Made by a program: the position numbers and the translations under genes. A stretch of DNA of 64,000 nt from Candidatus Parcubacteria bacterium (GTDB taxonomy: Bacteria > Patescibacteriota > Minisyncoccia > UBA6257 > JAGOQP01). Numbering within the stretch: the stretch's first letter is position 1; each line of letters opens with the position of its first letter. Below are positions 1 to 10,186 of the stretch, piece by piece. The notes beneath the pieces were generated by a model. That model was not told where the DNA came from. It worked only from the letters and a program-made list of their open reading frames with translations, and searched no databases. Location: the NCBI GenBank assembly GCA_025999395.1, contig AP024682.1, positions 468,680-532,679 on the forward strand, in the 5' to 3' direction.

Positions 1-433
1 CTTTATTTTGATTTTCAGCCTCAGGAACTTGACTACTTTCGCTTTGAGGATTTTCCAAAGTTTGAGCAGAGCTTTCTTGATTCTGGTTTAGCTGAGCTGA
101 GGAAGTTGGCTGATTAATTTCGCTTTGAGTTCCAACCTCAGCAGAACTCTGAGCCTGAACCTCTTTCTTCGACTTCTTATGAAGAGGAATTTTAGGACCA
201 GCAATGATTCCTGCAGAAACTAAAATATTATGAACCGTTTCTGTTGGCTGAGCCCCCTGAGAAAGCCACTTTTTTACCTTCTCTTGATTTAAAGAGAATT
301 TATCTATGTGAGGATTATACCATCCCAAATCATCAATAAACTTTCCCTGAAGCTTAGAACGAGCTTCTGCTACTACCACTCTAAAAGAAATCTGTTTCTT
401 TTTCCCAACCGGTCTTAATTTAATCTTTAGCAT
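1..433 (-). CDS. rpsP: 30S ribosomal protein S16 with long Q/S/E-rich C-terminal extension (3' end runs off the window)
   Basis: Manual translation from ATG at 433: MLKIKLRPVGKKKQISFRVVVAEARSKLQGKFIDDLGWYNP...WLSQGAQPTETVHNIL; not in the ORF track because it is truncated by the window edge. Confidence 0.95.
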   Translation of the reverse strand, partial: MLKIKLRPVGKKKQISFRVVVAEARSKLQGKFIDDLGWYNPHIDKFSLNQEKVKKWLSQGAQPTETVHNILVSAGIIAGPKIPLHKKSKKEVQAQSSAEVGTQSEINQPTSSAQLNQNQESSAQTLENPQSESSQVPEAENQNK

Positions 434-535
434 AGTTCTTTGATCTCTGAATTTTAAATTTTAAACCAAAAATTAAAAATACAAAATGTATAAGTAAGCT
501 AACAATAAAAGGTAAAAAAGTCAATATTTTAGAAT

Positions 536-2764
536 CTAAGAACTTAATTGAGAGGATTCCTTTTCTTCTAATTTAAGAGAAAGAATTTTAGAAGAACCAC
601 CCTCATCCATCGTCACTCCATAAAGCACATCGGCTGCTTCCATTGTGATTCTGTTATGAGTAACAATAATAAACTGACTTTGAGAAGAAAAGCTTTTAAT
701 CAATTCGGAAAAACGCCGGGAGTTTTTTTCATCTAAAGCAGAATCTACTTCATCTAAAACTAAAAACGGCGGGGGGCTAACAGAAATCAAAGCAAATAAA
801 ACCGCTAAAGAAACCAAACTTTTTTCTCCTCCAGAAAGCATTTCTAATCCGCTTATCTTTTTCTGAGGAATTGAGACTTCAATTTCAATGCCTAAATCTT
901 GATCTCTTGATTCTTCTTCATCAAATTTTTGCTCTTCTTTTTGAGAATCCAATTTTTCTTCTAAATTACGAGAAATTTCACTGCCTTCTAGAAGTGGGCG
1001 AGAAATAATTTTCATCTTCGCTTGTCCTCCTCCAAACATAATTCTAAAAAATCGATGGAATTCCTGATTAACCTTACTAAAAGCGCTTCTAAATTCCACT
1101 GAAATTTTTTCTTCTAACTCCTTAATTAAGGAATTAAGATTATCGATAGCCTTTAGTAAATCCTGAGATTCTTTAGAAAGAAAGTTGTAATGAGCCTCCA
1201 CCTCTTCTGCTTCCTTAACTAAAGAAGGATCTATTTCTCCAATACTTGAAAGCTCTAAGCGTAGTTTTAAGATCCTTCTTTCTATTTCTTTAAGTTCTTC
1301 AGCATTAAAAGAAACATCAAAAGTCTCGCTTTCTGCCAAAGTTTCAAAATCCTTAAAATGAAGCCCAAGAGAGTGGATTTGATTTTTTAATTCATCTAAT
1401 TGATAAGCAATTCTTTCTTCTTCAAAAAGAATTCTTTCTTTTTCCTTATTTAAATTTTGCAAGTTTTGCCGAAGTGATTCTAAGTAAGAAAAAGCCTCTT
1501 TAAATCGATTATTAAATTCAGCCAAATCAGAGGAAAGCTGATTTTCTTTTTCTTCTAATTCCTTAAGCTGCTTTTCCAAATCAGAGATTTGAGAAGTGAT
1601 TTCCTTTTTTTGAGTCTCCAAAAGTTGGATAGCTTTTTCTTTTTCTTTTTTCTCTTTTCCTGAAGAAAAAATTTCTTCAATAGATTCTAAAAGTTTTTGA
1701 ATTTCTTTCTTTAAAGAGTCAAGATTTTTTTCTTCAAGAAGTTGAGCAAGTTTTTGACGAACATTCTTAATTAAATCTAATAAATCCTCAAGAGAAAACT
1801 GGTTTTCCTGAGAATAAGAAGAAGTTTTTTCTAACTCCACTTCTAAATGTAAAAGATTTTTTTCTAAATCATTTTTTTGAGAGAAAATTTCTTTCCTTTT
1901 TTTCTGAAGAAAAGTAATTTCTTGACTGGCAGAAGCAGTGGCTTCTACTGCCTCTAATCTTTTTTGAGCCTCTTTAATTTCTGTTTCTAATTTATTAATT
2001 TGATTTTCAATTCCTTCCAAGGGCTGGCGAATCTTAAAAGAAAGCTCTTTAAGGTTTTTAATTTTAAAAGCAAAAAAATTCTTTTCCAAAGAAGAAAGCT
2101 CTTGCTCAATCTCAAATCTTTTTTCCCAACGCGCTGTTTGTCTTTTTAGAGTTCTCAAGCGAGGCAAAACCTCTTCTATCATCGCTGATACTTTTTCTAA
2201 ATTAATCTTGGTGTTTTTTAATTTTCTTTCCGCTTCTTTCTTTTTTAATTGATACTCCTTTAGTCCTAAAATCTCCTGAACCATCATCATTCTTTCCAGA
2301 GGCGAAGCTTTCACAAAAATATCCCCCTCTCCCTGCCCAATAATCGAAAGCCCTCGACTACCCAGCTTAATTTTTGAGAAAAAATCAATAATATCCTTAA
2401 GGCGTACCTCCGCATCATTAATAAAATATTGAGAAACTCCTCCTCGATTAATACTTCGCGAAACAACAATTTCTTTAAAATCAAAAGGAAGGTTCCCTTG
2501 AGAATTATCAAAAACCAAGCTTACCTTCGCCAAAGATTGCTTAGGCTTTTTAGGAGTTCCCGCAAAAATTAAGTCTTCAATCTTTTCTCCTCGCAAAACT
2601 TTGGTTTCTCTTTCACCGATTAACCATCGAATAGCATCAATAATATTTGATTTTCCCGAACCATTGGGGCCAACAATACAAACAATTCCGGCTCCGCTGA
2701 AATCGAAGACGGTTTTCCCCGCAAAAGATTTAAATCCATTAATTTCCAGTCTTTTTAAAAACAT
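536..2764 (-). CDS. smc: SMC-family chromosome segregation ATPase, short (742 aa), no recognisable hinge
   Basis: N-terminal GFKSF and Walker A GPNGSGKSN; C-terminal LSGGEK signature, Walker B/D-loop LVLDEVDSALD; coiled coil in between; follows rnc as in the conserved rnc-smc order. Confidence 0.9.
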   Translation of the reverse strand: MFLKRLEINGFKSFAGKTVFDFSGAGIVCIVGPNGSGKSNIIDAIRWLIGERETKVLRGEKIEDLIFAGTPKKPKQSLAKVSLVFDNSQGNLPFDFKEIVVSRSINRGGVSQYFINDAEVRLKDIIDFFSKIKLGSRGLSIIGQGEGDIFVKASPLERMMMVQEILGLKEYQLKKKEAERKLKNTKINLEKVSAMIEEVLPRLRTLKRQTARWEKRFEIEQELSSLEKNFFAFKIKNLKELSFKIRQPLEGIENQINKLETEIKEAQKRLEAVEATASASQEITFLQKKRKEIFSQKNDLEKNLLHLEVELEKTSSYSQENQFSLEDLLDLIKNVRQKLAQLLEEKNLDSLKKEIQKLLESIEEIFSSGKEKKEKEKAIQLLETQKKEITSQISDLEKQLKELEEKENQLSSDLAEFNNRFKEAFSYLESLRQNLQNLNKEKERILFEEERIAYQLDELKNQIHSLGLHFKDFETLAESETFDVSFNAEELKEIERRILKLRLELSSIGEIDPSLVKEAEEVEAHYNFLSKESQDLLKAIDNLNSLIKELEEKISVEFRSAFSKVNQEFHRFFRIMFGGGQAKMKIISRPLLEGSEISRNLEEKLDSQKEEQKFDEEESRDQDLGIEIEVSIPQKKISGLEMLSGGEKSLVSLAVLFALISVSPPPFLVLDEVDSALDEKNSRRFSELIKSFSSQSQFIIVTHNRITMEAADVLYGVTMDEGGSSKILSLKLEEKESSQLSS

Positions 2765-3443
2765 AAGTTAATCCTTTTTTAGCCGCTTCTATTTCCGCTT
2801 CTTGTTTAGAAAAACCCTCCCCTTCGGCTACTTTTTTATCCCCCAAAAAAAGACCCACTCGAAAAATTTTTTGATGATCGGGCCCTACTTCCTCTAAAAC
2901 CTGATAAACCGGAGTAATTTTGTACTTTTCTTGAGCTAATTCCTGAAAAAGACTCTTAGCGTCTTTATAAAGACCTTCTTTAATTACCTCTGGAGCCTTG
3001 GAAAAAATAAACTTTTTAATAAAATTAGAAACCACCTGATATCCTTGATCAAGATAAATCGCCCCCAATAAAGCCTCCAAAGCGTTGGCTAATATTACCT
3101 TGCGGGCTCGGCCGGTGTCTTTGGCTTCTCCTTTAGAAAGAAGCAGATATTTTTCCAAATCAAGAGTCCGAGCTACTTCCGCCAAGGAAAGATAGTTGAC
3201 TAAAGCGGCTCGAATACTGGTTAACTTGCCTTCATCTTCTTGAGGATATTCTTTAAAAAGATTTTCAGTAATCACTAATTCCAGCACTGCATCTCCTAAA
3301 AATTCCAATCTCTCATTATGAGGAAGGGGCCAAGAAGGATTTTCGTTTAAATAAGAGCGATGAGTAAGCGCTTCTTTTAGTAATTCTTTGTTTTTAAAAG
3401 TTATTTCTAACTTTTTTTCTAACGAAGACAAATCCTTAAGCAT
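2739..3443 (-). CDS. rnc: Ribonuclease III
   Basis: ALTHRSY, NERLEFLGDAVLEL signature, C-terminal dsRBD (GPDHQKIF...SKQEAE); ATG at 3443 preferred over the longer ORF call. Confidence 0.97.
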   Translation of the reverse strand: MLKDLSSLEKKLEITFKNKELLKEALTHRSYLNENPSWPLPHNERLEFLGDAVLELVITENLFKEYPQEDEGKLTSIRAALVNYLSLAEVARTLDLEKYLLLSKGEAKDTGRARKVILANALEALLGAIYLDQGYQVVSNFIKKFIFSKAPEVIKEGLYKDAKSLFQELAQEKYKITPVYQVLEEVGPDHQKIFRVGLFLGDKKVAEGEGFSKQEAEIEAAKKGLTYVFKKTGN

Positions 3444-3469
3444 ACTTTTTCCAAAAACTCTAAATCTAA

Positions 3470-3901
3470 TCATTGTTTCTTTACCTCCTCTAAATGTTTA
3501 AAGACGGTCCCTAGGACTCCGTTTACAAATTTTCCAGAATTAATTCCTCCGTAATTTTTTGCCAATTCAATTGCCTCGTTAATAGCTACTTTATAAGGAA
3601 CCTCGTTTTTATCAGCGAAAAGAAGCTCGTAGACTCCAATTCTTAAAACATTTCGATCAATTAAAGAAATTTGCTCAAACGGCCACTCAAGAGCAGATTT
3701 TGAAATGATTTCATCGATTTCCGGAAGATGTTTTATAATTCCATCAACCATTTTCCAAACAAACTCCGGTTCATTTAAACCAGGAGCAAATTCGTTTAGA
3801 TTTCTTTCTACAATCTTTACTAAATCCACCTTTTTTTCCAAAAAATCCCATTCGTAAAGAGATTGAAGAACGATCGAGCGCGCCAAATGGCGAGTAGCCA
3901 T
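3470..3901 (-). CDS. nusB: Transcription antitermination factor NusB
   Basis: [45 protein letters not shown]. Confidence 0.96.
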   Translation of the reverse strand: MATRHLARSIVLQSLYEWDFLEKKVDLVKIVERNLNEFAPGLNEPEFVWKMVDGIIKHLPEIDEIISKSALEWPFEQISLIDRNVLRIGVYELLFADKNEVPYKVAINEAIELAKNYGGINSGKFVNGVLGTVFKHLEEVKKQ

Positions 3902-3979
3902 AATTTTCAATGCTTTAATTAAAACCTAAATCTTTTTTCTTTCTTAGTGAAAGATTTTCAAACATCGCTTAAATTTAGA

Positions 3980-4153
3980 TTATTTCCCCTTCTTTTTTCC
4001 TTTATAAAATCCACACTCTGGACAAGCGCGATGAGGAAGAGTTGGAAATTTACATTCCGGACAAGGAATTAAATTGGCTGGCTTTAAAGCCATATGAGAT
4101 CTTCTCTTACCAGTTTTGGAGCGAGTATGATGTTTTGTTGGAACGCCACCCAT
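3980..4153 (-). CDS. rpmF: 50S ribosomal protein L32 (57 aa)
   Basis: Manual translation: MGGVPTKHHTRSKTGKRRSHMALKPANLIPCPECKFPTLPHRACPECGFYKGKKKGK; two CxxC zinc pairs; below the ORF track cutoff. Confidence 0.95.
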   Translation of the reverse strand: MGGVPTKHHTRSKTGKRRSHMALKPANLIPCPECKFPTLPHRACPECGFYKGKKKGK

Positions 4154-4246
4154 AATTAAAAATTAATCTTAATTTTGAAAAATTTCTTTTTTTCTTTTAA
4201 TTTTAAATTCTCAATGATAATAAGATACCCCCTCTCAAAAGTCAAA

Positions 4247-4976
4247 TTAAGCTACTTTAAAAGATTCGAAAAATTTTCTTAAAAAACTTTGGCGATGAAC
4301 TTGAGAGGGACCAATTTTTTTCAAAACTTGAAAATGTTTTTTGGTGCCATAACCTTTATGAGCGCAAAACTGGTATTCCGGATAAACTAAATGAAGTCTT
4401 TCCATCTCTTTATCTCTTAAAACCTTAGCCACAATAGAAGCCAAAGCCACCGCCGGAACTTTTTCATCGGCTTTTGGAAAAGTTAAAAGAGTAAGAGAAT
4501 TTTTTCTTTCCAAATCATTCAATTCGAAATAAATTCCCCCATCAGCAATAACTAAAATCTTGTCGGTTTTTTTCTTGGTCTTAATTTTTCTAAGAAGCTT
4601 TTCGAGTAATCGATAAGCCGCTAAATTACAAGCTTTAGCCACATTAAGTTTGTCGATTTTTTTTAGGAGAAACAAAAGAAGTACTATAAATTATTCTTTC
4701 CCTCTTTATCCACCCAAACCACTTTTTTCTTTGAGAAGAAGAAAGCTTTTTAGAATCCCTTAAAGGGAGAAATTTGCCTTCAAAAAAAATTCCTCCCTTA
4801 ATTAAATTAATTTTTTCTGAAGGCAAAACAACTCCTGCTACCGCCAATCTTCCTGCTAAAGCTCCTCTTCCTGCTTCATCAATGCCCACCAAATAACGAT
4901 AAGAAAAAGAAAGGCTTTTTTCCTCTAATAAAAGGGGTAAGAGGGGGTAAGAGTTGGAAAGAATTCTTTTTTTCAT
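4247..4976 (-). pseudogene. rnhB: Ribonuclease HII split into two frames at an A8 run (frameshift or sequencing error)
   Basis: N-half has GIDEAGRGALAG and LRDSKKLS; C-half has IADG, KADEKVPAVALASIVAKVLRD, HKGYGT; the frames join at the T8 run 4657-4664 (+ strand). Confidence 0.85.
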
Positions 4977-5086
4977 TTCTCTTAATAAGATACCTCAAAA
5001 CCAATTATTTTTCTATTTTGATTTTTAGAAAACCCCTCTTATAATTAAGAAGGTTTAAAAATTGAGTTGGAAATTTTTTTATTTCT

Positions 5087-8000
5087 ATGAAATTTGTTCA
5101 TCTTCATGTCCACAGTCACTATTCTCTTCTTGATGGATTAGCCAAGATAGATAGCCTCATTAAGAAAGCAAAAGATTTGGAAATGGAGGCTTTGGCTTTA
5201 ACCGATCACGGCAATCTTTATGGAGCCATTGAATTCTACAAAAAAGCCAAAAAAGAAGGAATAAAGCCAATTTTAGGAGTAGAAGCTTACTTAGCTCCCA
5301 AAAGCCGATTCGAGAAAAATCCCGAAGAAAAGTATTTTCACTTAACTCTCATTGCTAAAAACAATCAAGGTTGGAAAAACTTAATCAAACTGGTTACCAA
5401 AGCTAACTTAGAAGGCTTTTATTATAAACCCCGAATAGATAAAGAGTTGCTCAAAGAATATAAAGAAGGAATTATTGTTCTTTCAGGATGTCCTTCAGGA
5501 GAAATTCCCAAGTTATTAGCTAAAGAAAATTATAAAGAAGCAGCTCAAGTAGTTGATTTTTACAAAGAAAATTTTGGTGATGACTTTTATATAGAAATCT
5601 GGCGTCAACCAAAAATTAAAGAATTAGAAGGTTTAGTTCCTCTTTTAGTTAAACTAGCCGAAGAAAAAAATGTTCCTTTGGTCGCTACCCAAGACGTCCA
5701 TTATCTTGAAAAAAATGATGCTCTTTTTCATGACATCTTACTTGCGGTTCAAACCGGAAACAGAATCACCGACGATGATCGGCTTACTCTTAAAGCCGGA
5801 GAATTTTTTATGAAATCTCCAAAAGAAATGGAAGAGGCTTTTTCTTTATGGCCTCAAGCCTTGGAAAACACTCTTGAGGTAGCTCAAAAATGCGAGGTAG
5901 AAATCCCTTTAGGAAAAACTATCCTTCCCAAATTTCCGCTTCCGGAAGGAGAAACTAGTTTCTCTTATTTAAGAAAGTTAATAGAAAAAAGAATTAAGGA
6001 AAGATATCAAGAAGTTACTGATGAAGTTAAAGAAAGATTAGAGTATGAATTAGAAATTATCGAGAAAACTGGCTTTGCCGACTACTTCTTAATTGTTCAA
6101 GATTTTGTTAACTGGGCTAAAGAAAGAAGAATTGTAGTCGGCCCGGGAAGAGGGAGTGCGGCTGGAAGCCTGGTTTCTTATATTTTAAAAATTACTGAAG
6201 TTGATCCCTTAAAATATAATCTTCTTTTTGAAAGATTCCTTAATCCCGATAGGGTCCAAATGCCTGATATTGATCTTGATTTTACCGATGTAAGAAGAGA
6301 TGAGGTGATTAGTTATTTAAGACAAAAATATGGTGAAGACAGAGTAGCCAACATTATCACTTTTGGAACAATGGCTTCGCGAGCCTCTATTCGAGACGCT
6401 GGAAGAGCTTTGGGGTTTTCTTACGGTTTTTGTGATCAAATTGCCAAAATGATCCCCTTTAATTTAACTTTGAGTCAAGCCTTAGAAAAAGTGGAGGAAT
6501 TCAAAAAAGCCTATCAACAAAATCCAGATGTAAGAAAACTAATAGATGCCGCTCAACATTTGGAAGGAGTAGCTCGTCATGCTAGCGTTCATGCTTGTGG
6601 AATTGTTATTTCTAAAGAACCTCTTACTGAATATTTACCTCTCCAATTAGCCCCCCAAGATCCTAATACCATTATTACCCAATTTGAAATGCACACCATT
6701 GAAGATTTGGGGCTACTAAAGATGGATTTATTAGGACTAAAAAACTTAACCATCATTGAAGATACAATTCGTCTAATTAAAGACACCGAAAACATTTCTT
6801 TAGATATTTCCAAAATTCCTCTTGATGACGAAAAAACTTTTAAAACTCTTCAAGAAGCTCAAACTACTGGAGTTTTTCAATTAGAATCCAGCGGAATGAG
6901 AAGATATTTGAAAGAATTGGTTCCCACTCAACTCGAAGATATTATTGCTATGGTTGCTCTTTACCGCCCCGGCCCAATGGAACTTATCCCCCATTATATT
7001 GCTCGCAAACACGGCAAAGAGAAAGTCGTTTATCTTCATTCAAAATTAGAACCAATTTTATCGAGCACTTATGGAATTGGAGTTTATCAGGAACAAATGA
7101 TGCAGATTGCTCGAGATTTAGCCGGCTTTACTTTAGCTGAAGCCGATACCTTGAGAAAAGCTATTGGAAAAAAAATAAAAGAGCTCTTAGATCAACAAAA
7201 AGAAAAATTAATCGAGGGAATGATTAAAAATGGAATTGATAAGGAAACCGCTCAAAAAATCTGGGAACTTTTTCCTCCTTTTGCTCGTTACGGATTTAAT
7301 CGCAGTCACGCTGTTTGTTACGCCTTAATTGCTTATCAAACTGCCTATCTTAAAACTCATTTTCCGGTTGAATTTATGACCGCCGTCTTAAATGCTGAAA
7401 AGGCTGATGTTGAAAGAATCTCCTTTTTAATTTCAGAATCAAAAAAGATGCAGATTATAGTTTTGCCGCCAGATATCAACAAAAGCTACTCCAATTTCAT
7501 TCCGGAAGGAAAAAATATTCGTTTTGGCCTTTCGGCAATAAAAAATGTTGGCTCCAATATTGTTGAAGCGATTGTTCAGGAAAGACAAAAAAACGGTCCC
7601 TTTCAAAGATTGGAGGATTTTCTTTTGCGCGTCACTCATAAAGACTTAAACAAAAAATCTCTCGAAAGCTTAATTAAGGCAGGAGTTTTTGATTCTTTAG
7701 GGGTAGAAAGAAAACAACTGCTAACTAATCTAGATAAAATTTTAAACTTTGCTGCTAATGCCAAAAAAAATAATCATCTTCAACCCAATCTTTTTGGGAG
7801 CCAATTTCACCAAACCACAAGATTAATTTTAGAAAAATCACCTCCCGCTTCAAGCGAAGAAAAGTTTTCCTGGGAAAAAGAATTAATTGGATTTTATGTT
7901 TCCGATCATCCTTTAAAGAAATATCAAAAACTTTTCGAAGAAAAAAAGGTTCTTCCTATAAAAAAAGTGGCCGAATATATCAGCTCTGGAAAAGGAACTA

Positions 8001-8245
8001 GTTCTTTGAGAACCGGAGGAATTATTACCAGCATTAAAAAAATTATCTCCAAAAACCAAAAGACAATCCTATTTGCAAAAATTGAGGATTTAAGCGATAC
8101 TTTAGAAGTAGTGGTTTTTTCTGATGTTTTAGAAAAAAACCCCTCTCTCTGGCAAGAAAAAAATATCATTATCCTTCAAGGAAAGCCTTCCTTAAAAGAA
8201 AACGAACCCAAAATTATTGTTGATCAAGCTATTAAGCTAAATTAA
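5087..8245 (+). CDS. dnaE: DNA polymerase III alpha subunit
   Basis: PHP motif HLHVHSHYSLLDG, GPGRGSAAGS, MPDIDLDF, YGFNRSHA, C-terminal OB fold. Confidence 0.98.
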   Translation: MKFVHLHVHSHYSLLDGLAKIDSLIKKAKDLEMEALALTDHGNLYGAIEFYKKAKKEGIKPILGVEAYLAPKSRFEKNPEEKYFHLTLIAKNNQGWKNLIKLVTKANLEGFYYKPRIDKELLKEYKEGIIVLSGCPSGEIPKLLAKENYKEAAQVVDFYKENFGDDFYIEIWRQPKIKELEGLVPLLVKLAEEKNVPLVATQDVHYLEKNDALFHDILLAVQTGNRITDDDRLTLKAGEFFMKSPKEMEEAFSLWPQALENTLEVAQKCEVEIPLGKTILPKFPLPEGETSFSYLRKLIEKRIKERYQEVTDEVKERLEYELEIIEKTGFADYFLIVQDFVNWAKERRIVVGPGRGSAAGSLVSYILKITEVDPLKYNLLFERFLNPDRVQMPDIDLDFTDVRRDEVISYLRQKYGEDRVANIITFGTMASRASIRDAGRALGFSYGFCDQIAKMIPFNLTLSQALEKVEEFKKAYQQNPDVRKLIDAAQHLEGVARHASVHACGIVISKEPLTEYLPLQLAPQDPNTIITQFEMHTIEDLGLLKMDLLGLKNLTIIEDTIRLIKDTENISLDISKIPLDDEKTFKTLQEAQTTGVFQLESSGMRRYLKELVPTQLEDIIAMVALYRPGPMELIPHYIARKHGKEKVVYLHSKLEPILSSTYGIGVYQEQMMQIARDLAGFTLAEADTLRKAIGKKIKELLDQQKEKLIEGMIKNGIDKETAQKIWELFPPFARYGFNRSHAVCYALIAYQTAYLKTHFPVEFMTAVLNAEKADVERISFLISESKKMQIIVLPPDINKSYSNFIPEGKNIRFGLSAIKNVGSNIVEAIVQERQKNGPFQRLEDFLLRVTHKDLNKKSLESLIKAGVFDSLGVERKQLLTNLDKILNFAANAKKNNHLQPNLFGSQFHQTTRLILEKSPPASSEEKFSWEKELIGFYVSDHPLKKYQKLFEEKKVLPIKKVAEYISSGKGTSSLRTGGIITSIKKIISKNQKTILFAKIEDLSDTLEVVVFSDVLEKNPSLWQEKNIIILQGKPSLKENEPKIIVDQAIKLN

Positions 8246-8279
8246 TAAATTATCAACAAAAGTTAACCCTAAAAACACT

Positions 8280-10151
8280 ATGAAAAAAGAAAAAGAATCA
8301 AAAGCAAAAGAACGCGAAAAAAAACTTCATTGCATCCGCCATTCTTTATCTCATTTACTTGCAGCGGCGGTTTTAGAAAAATGGCCGCAGGCAAAATTAG
8401 CAATTGGTCCAGTAATTGAAAATGGTTTTTATTATGATTTCGATTTCAATTATTCGTCTCAAAAAAGAAAAAGTGCTTTCCCTCAAAAAGTTTTAACCGA
8501 AGAAGATCTGCCTCAATTGGAAAAAAGAATGCGAGAATTAGCTCAACAAAATCTTTGTTTTATTAAGGAAAAAATTAGTTATCCGGAAGCCAAAAAAATA
8601 TTTGCTGATGCTCCCTATAAATTAGAGTTAATAGAAGAAATCCACAAGAAAAAACTCCCCCTCTCTATTTATAAAACAATCACCTGTGAAAAATCTAAAA
8701 ACAAAAATCAATCAAAGGGGAATCTAATTTTCTTGGATCTGTGCTCGGGTCCTCATGTAAAAAATACTCGCGAAATTAATCCTCAAGCCTTTAAGCTTAC
8801 TACAATCGCCGGTGCTTATTGGAGAGGAGATGAAAAAAATAAAATGCTTACTCGAATTTATGGAGTAGCTTTTGAAACCAAAGAAGAATTAGAAACCTAC
8901 CTTAAAAATCAAGAAGAGGCTCAAAAAAGAGACCACCGAAAATTAGGCAAAGAGCTAAAAATCTTTACCTTCAGCGATTTTGTTGGACCGGGATTACCGT
9001 TGTGGCTTCCCAATGGCGCTATTTTAATTGAAGAATTAGAAAAGTTAGCCAAAGAAAAAGAAGAAGAGGCTGGTTACTTGCGAGTTCGCACTCCTCACAT
9101 TGCTAAAGAAATTATGTATAAAACCTCCGGGCATTTACCTTATTACGCTGACTCAATGTATCCGCCCATGGTCTTAGAAGAAAACGGCAAAAAGGAGGTT
9201 TATTATCTAAAGGCAATGAATTGTCCTCACCATCATCAAATTTATGCCTCTGAACCTAGAAGTTATCGCGATTTGCCTTTACGCTTAGCAGAGTACGGAA
9301 CTTGCTATCGCTACGAGAAAAGCGGGGAACTTTTTGGATTGATGAGGGTTCGCTCTCTTCAAATGAACGACGCTCATATTTATTGCACTGAAGAACAATT
9401 CCAAGAAGAGTTCTTGGCGGTAATAAAAATGTATTTGGAGTATTTTAAAATCTTTGACATTAAAAAATATGTCATTCGCTTAAGTACTCACAGCAAAGAA
9501 GGATTAGGAAAAAAATATATTGACAACGAAAGACTTTGGAAAAAAACTGAAAAAATGGTGCGAGACATTCTTAAAAAAGAAAATATCCCTTTCATTGAAG
9601 TTCCTAATGAAGCAGCTTTTTATGGACCAAAAATCGATGTTGAAATTTGGAGCGCCATCGGAAAAGAGTTTACTTTAGCCACTAATCAGGTTGATTTTGC
9701 GGTGCCGGCTCGCTTTGGTTTAACCTACAAAGATAAAGACGGAAAAGAAAAAACTCCACTCTGTATTCATCGCGCTCCTCTTTCTACCCACGAGCGCCTT
9801 ATAGGATTTTTAATTGAGCACTACGCCGGAGCTTTTCCTTTATGGTTAGCTCCTACTCAGGTAGAAGTCTTGCCAGTTTCTGAAAAACATTCAAGCTATG
9901 CTCAGAAAATAGCTCAACAAATGAAAGAGGAAAGAATTAGAGTTAGGGTTAGCGAAAGCGCAGAAACCTTGGGCAAAAGGATCCGCCAATCAGAAATTCA
10001 GAAAATCCCCTACCTTTTGATTGTTGGAGATAAAGAAAAAGAAAATAATTCTGTTAATGTCAGAAGTTATCAGAAGGGACAATTGGGAGAAATGAAATTA
10101 GAAGCTTTTATTAAAAAAGCTTTAGAGGAAATAAGGAAAAGAGCCTCTTAA
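8280..10151 (+). CDS. thrS: Threonine--tRNA ligase (no N-terminal TGS domain)
   Basis: RHSLSHLLA, DLCSGPHV, GAYWRGDE, RDHRKLGKEL, KAMNCPHH, FYGPKID, anticodon-binding C-terminus. Confidence 0.98.
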   Translation: MKKEKESKAKEREKKLHCIRHSLSHLLAAAVLEKWPQAKLAIGPVIENGFYYDFDFNYSSQKRKSAFPQKVLTEEDLPQLEKRMRELAQQNLCFIKEKISYPEAKKIFADAPYKLELIEEIHKKKLPLSIYKTITCEKSKNKNQSKGNLIFLDLCSGPHVKNTREINPQAFKLTTIAGAYWRGDEKNKMLTRIYGVAFETKEELETYLKNQEEAQKRDHRKLGKELKIFTFSDFVGPGLPLWLPNGAILIEELEKLAKEKEEEAGYLRVRTPHIAKEIMYKTSGHLPYYADSMYPPMVLEENGKKEVYYLKAMNCPHHHQIYASEPRSYRDLPLRLAEYGTCYRYEKSGELFGLMRVRSLQMNDAHIYCTEEQFQEEFLAVIKMYLEYFKIFDIKKYVIRLSTHSKEGLGKKYIDNERLWKKTEKMVRDILKKENIPFIEVPNEAAFYGPKIDVEIWSAIGKEFTLATNQVDFAVPARFGLTYKDKDGKEKTPLCIHRAPLSTHERLIGFLIEHYAGAFPLWLAPTQVEVLPVSEKHSSYAQKIAQQMKEERIRVRVSESAETLGKRIRQSEIQKIPYLLIVGDKEKENNSVNVRSYQKGQLGEMKLEAFIKKALEEIRKRAS

Positions 10152-10186
10152 GAAATTTCTGCCTAAAATTTCTCTTCGGTTTTCTT

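Noticed and set aside
5087-8245. Intein or split in dnaE
   Set aside because: Length and motif spacing fit an uninterrupted DnaE
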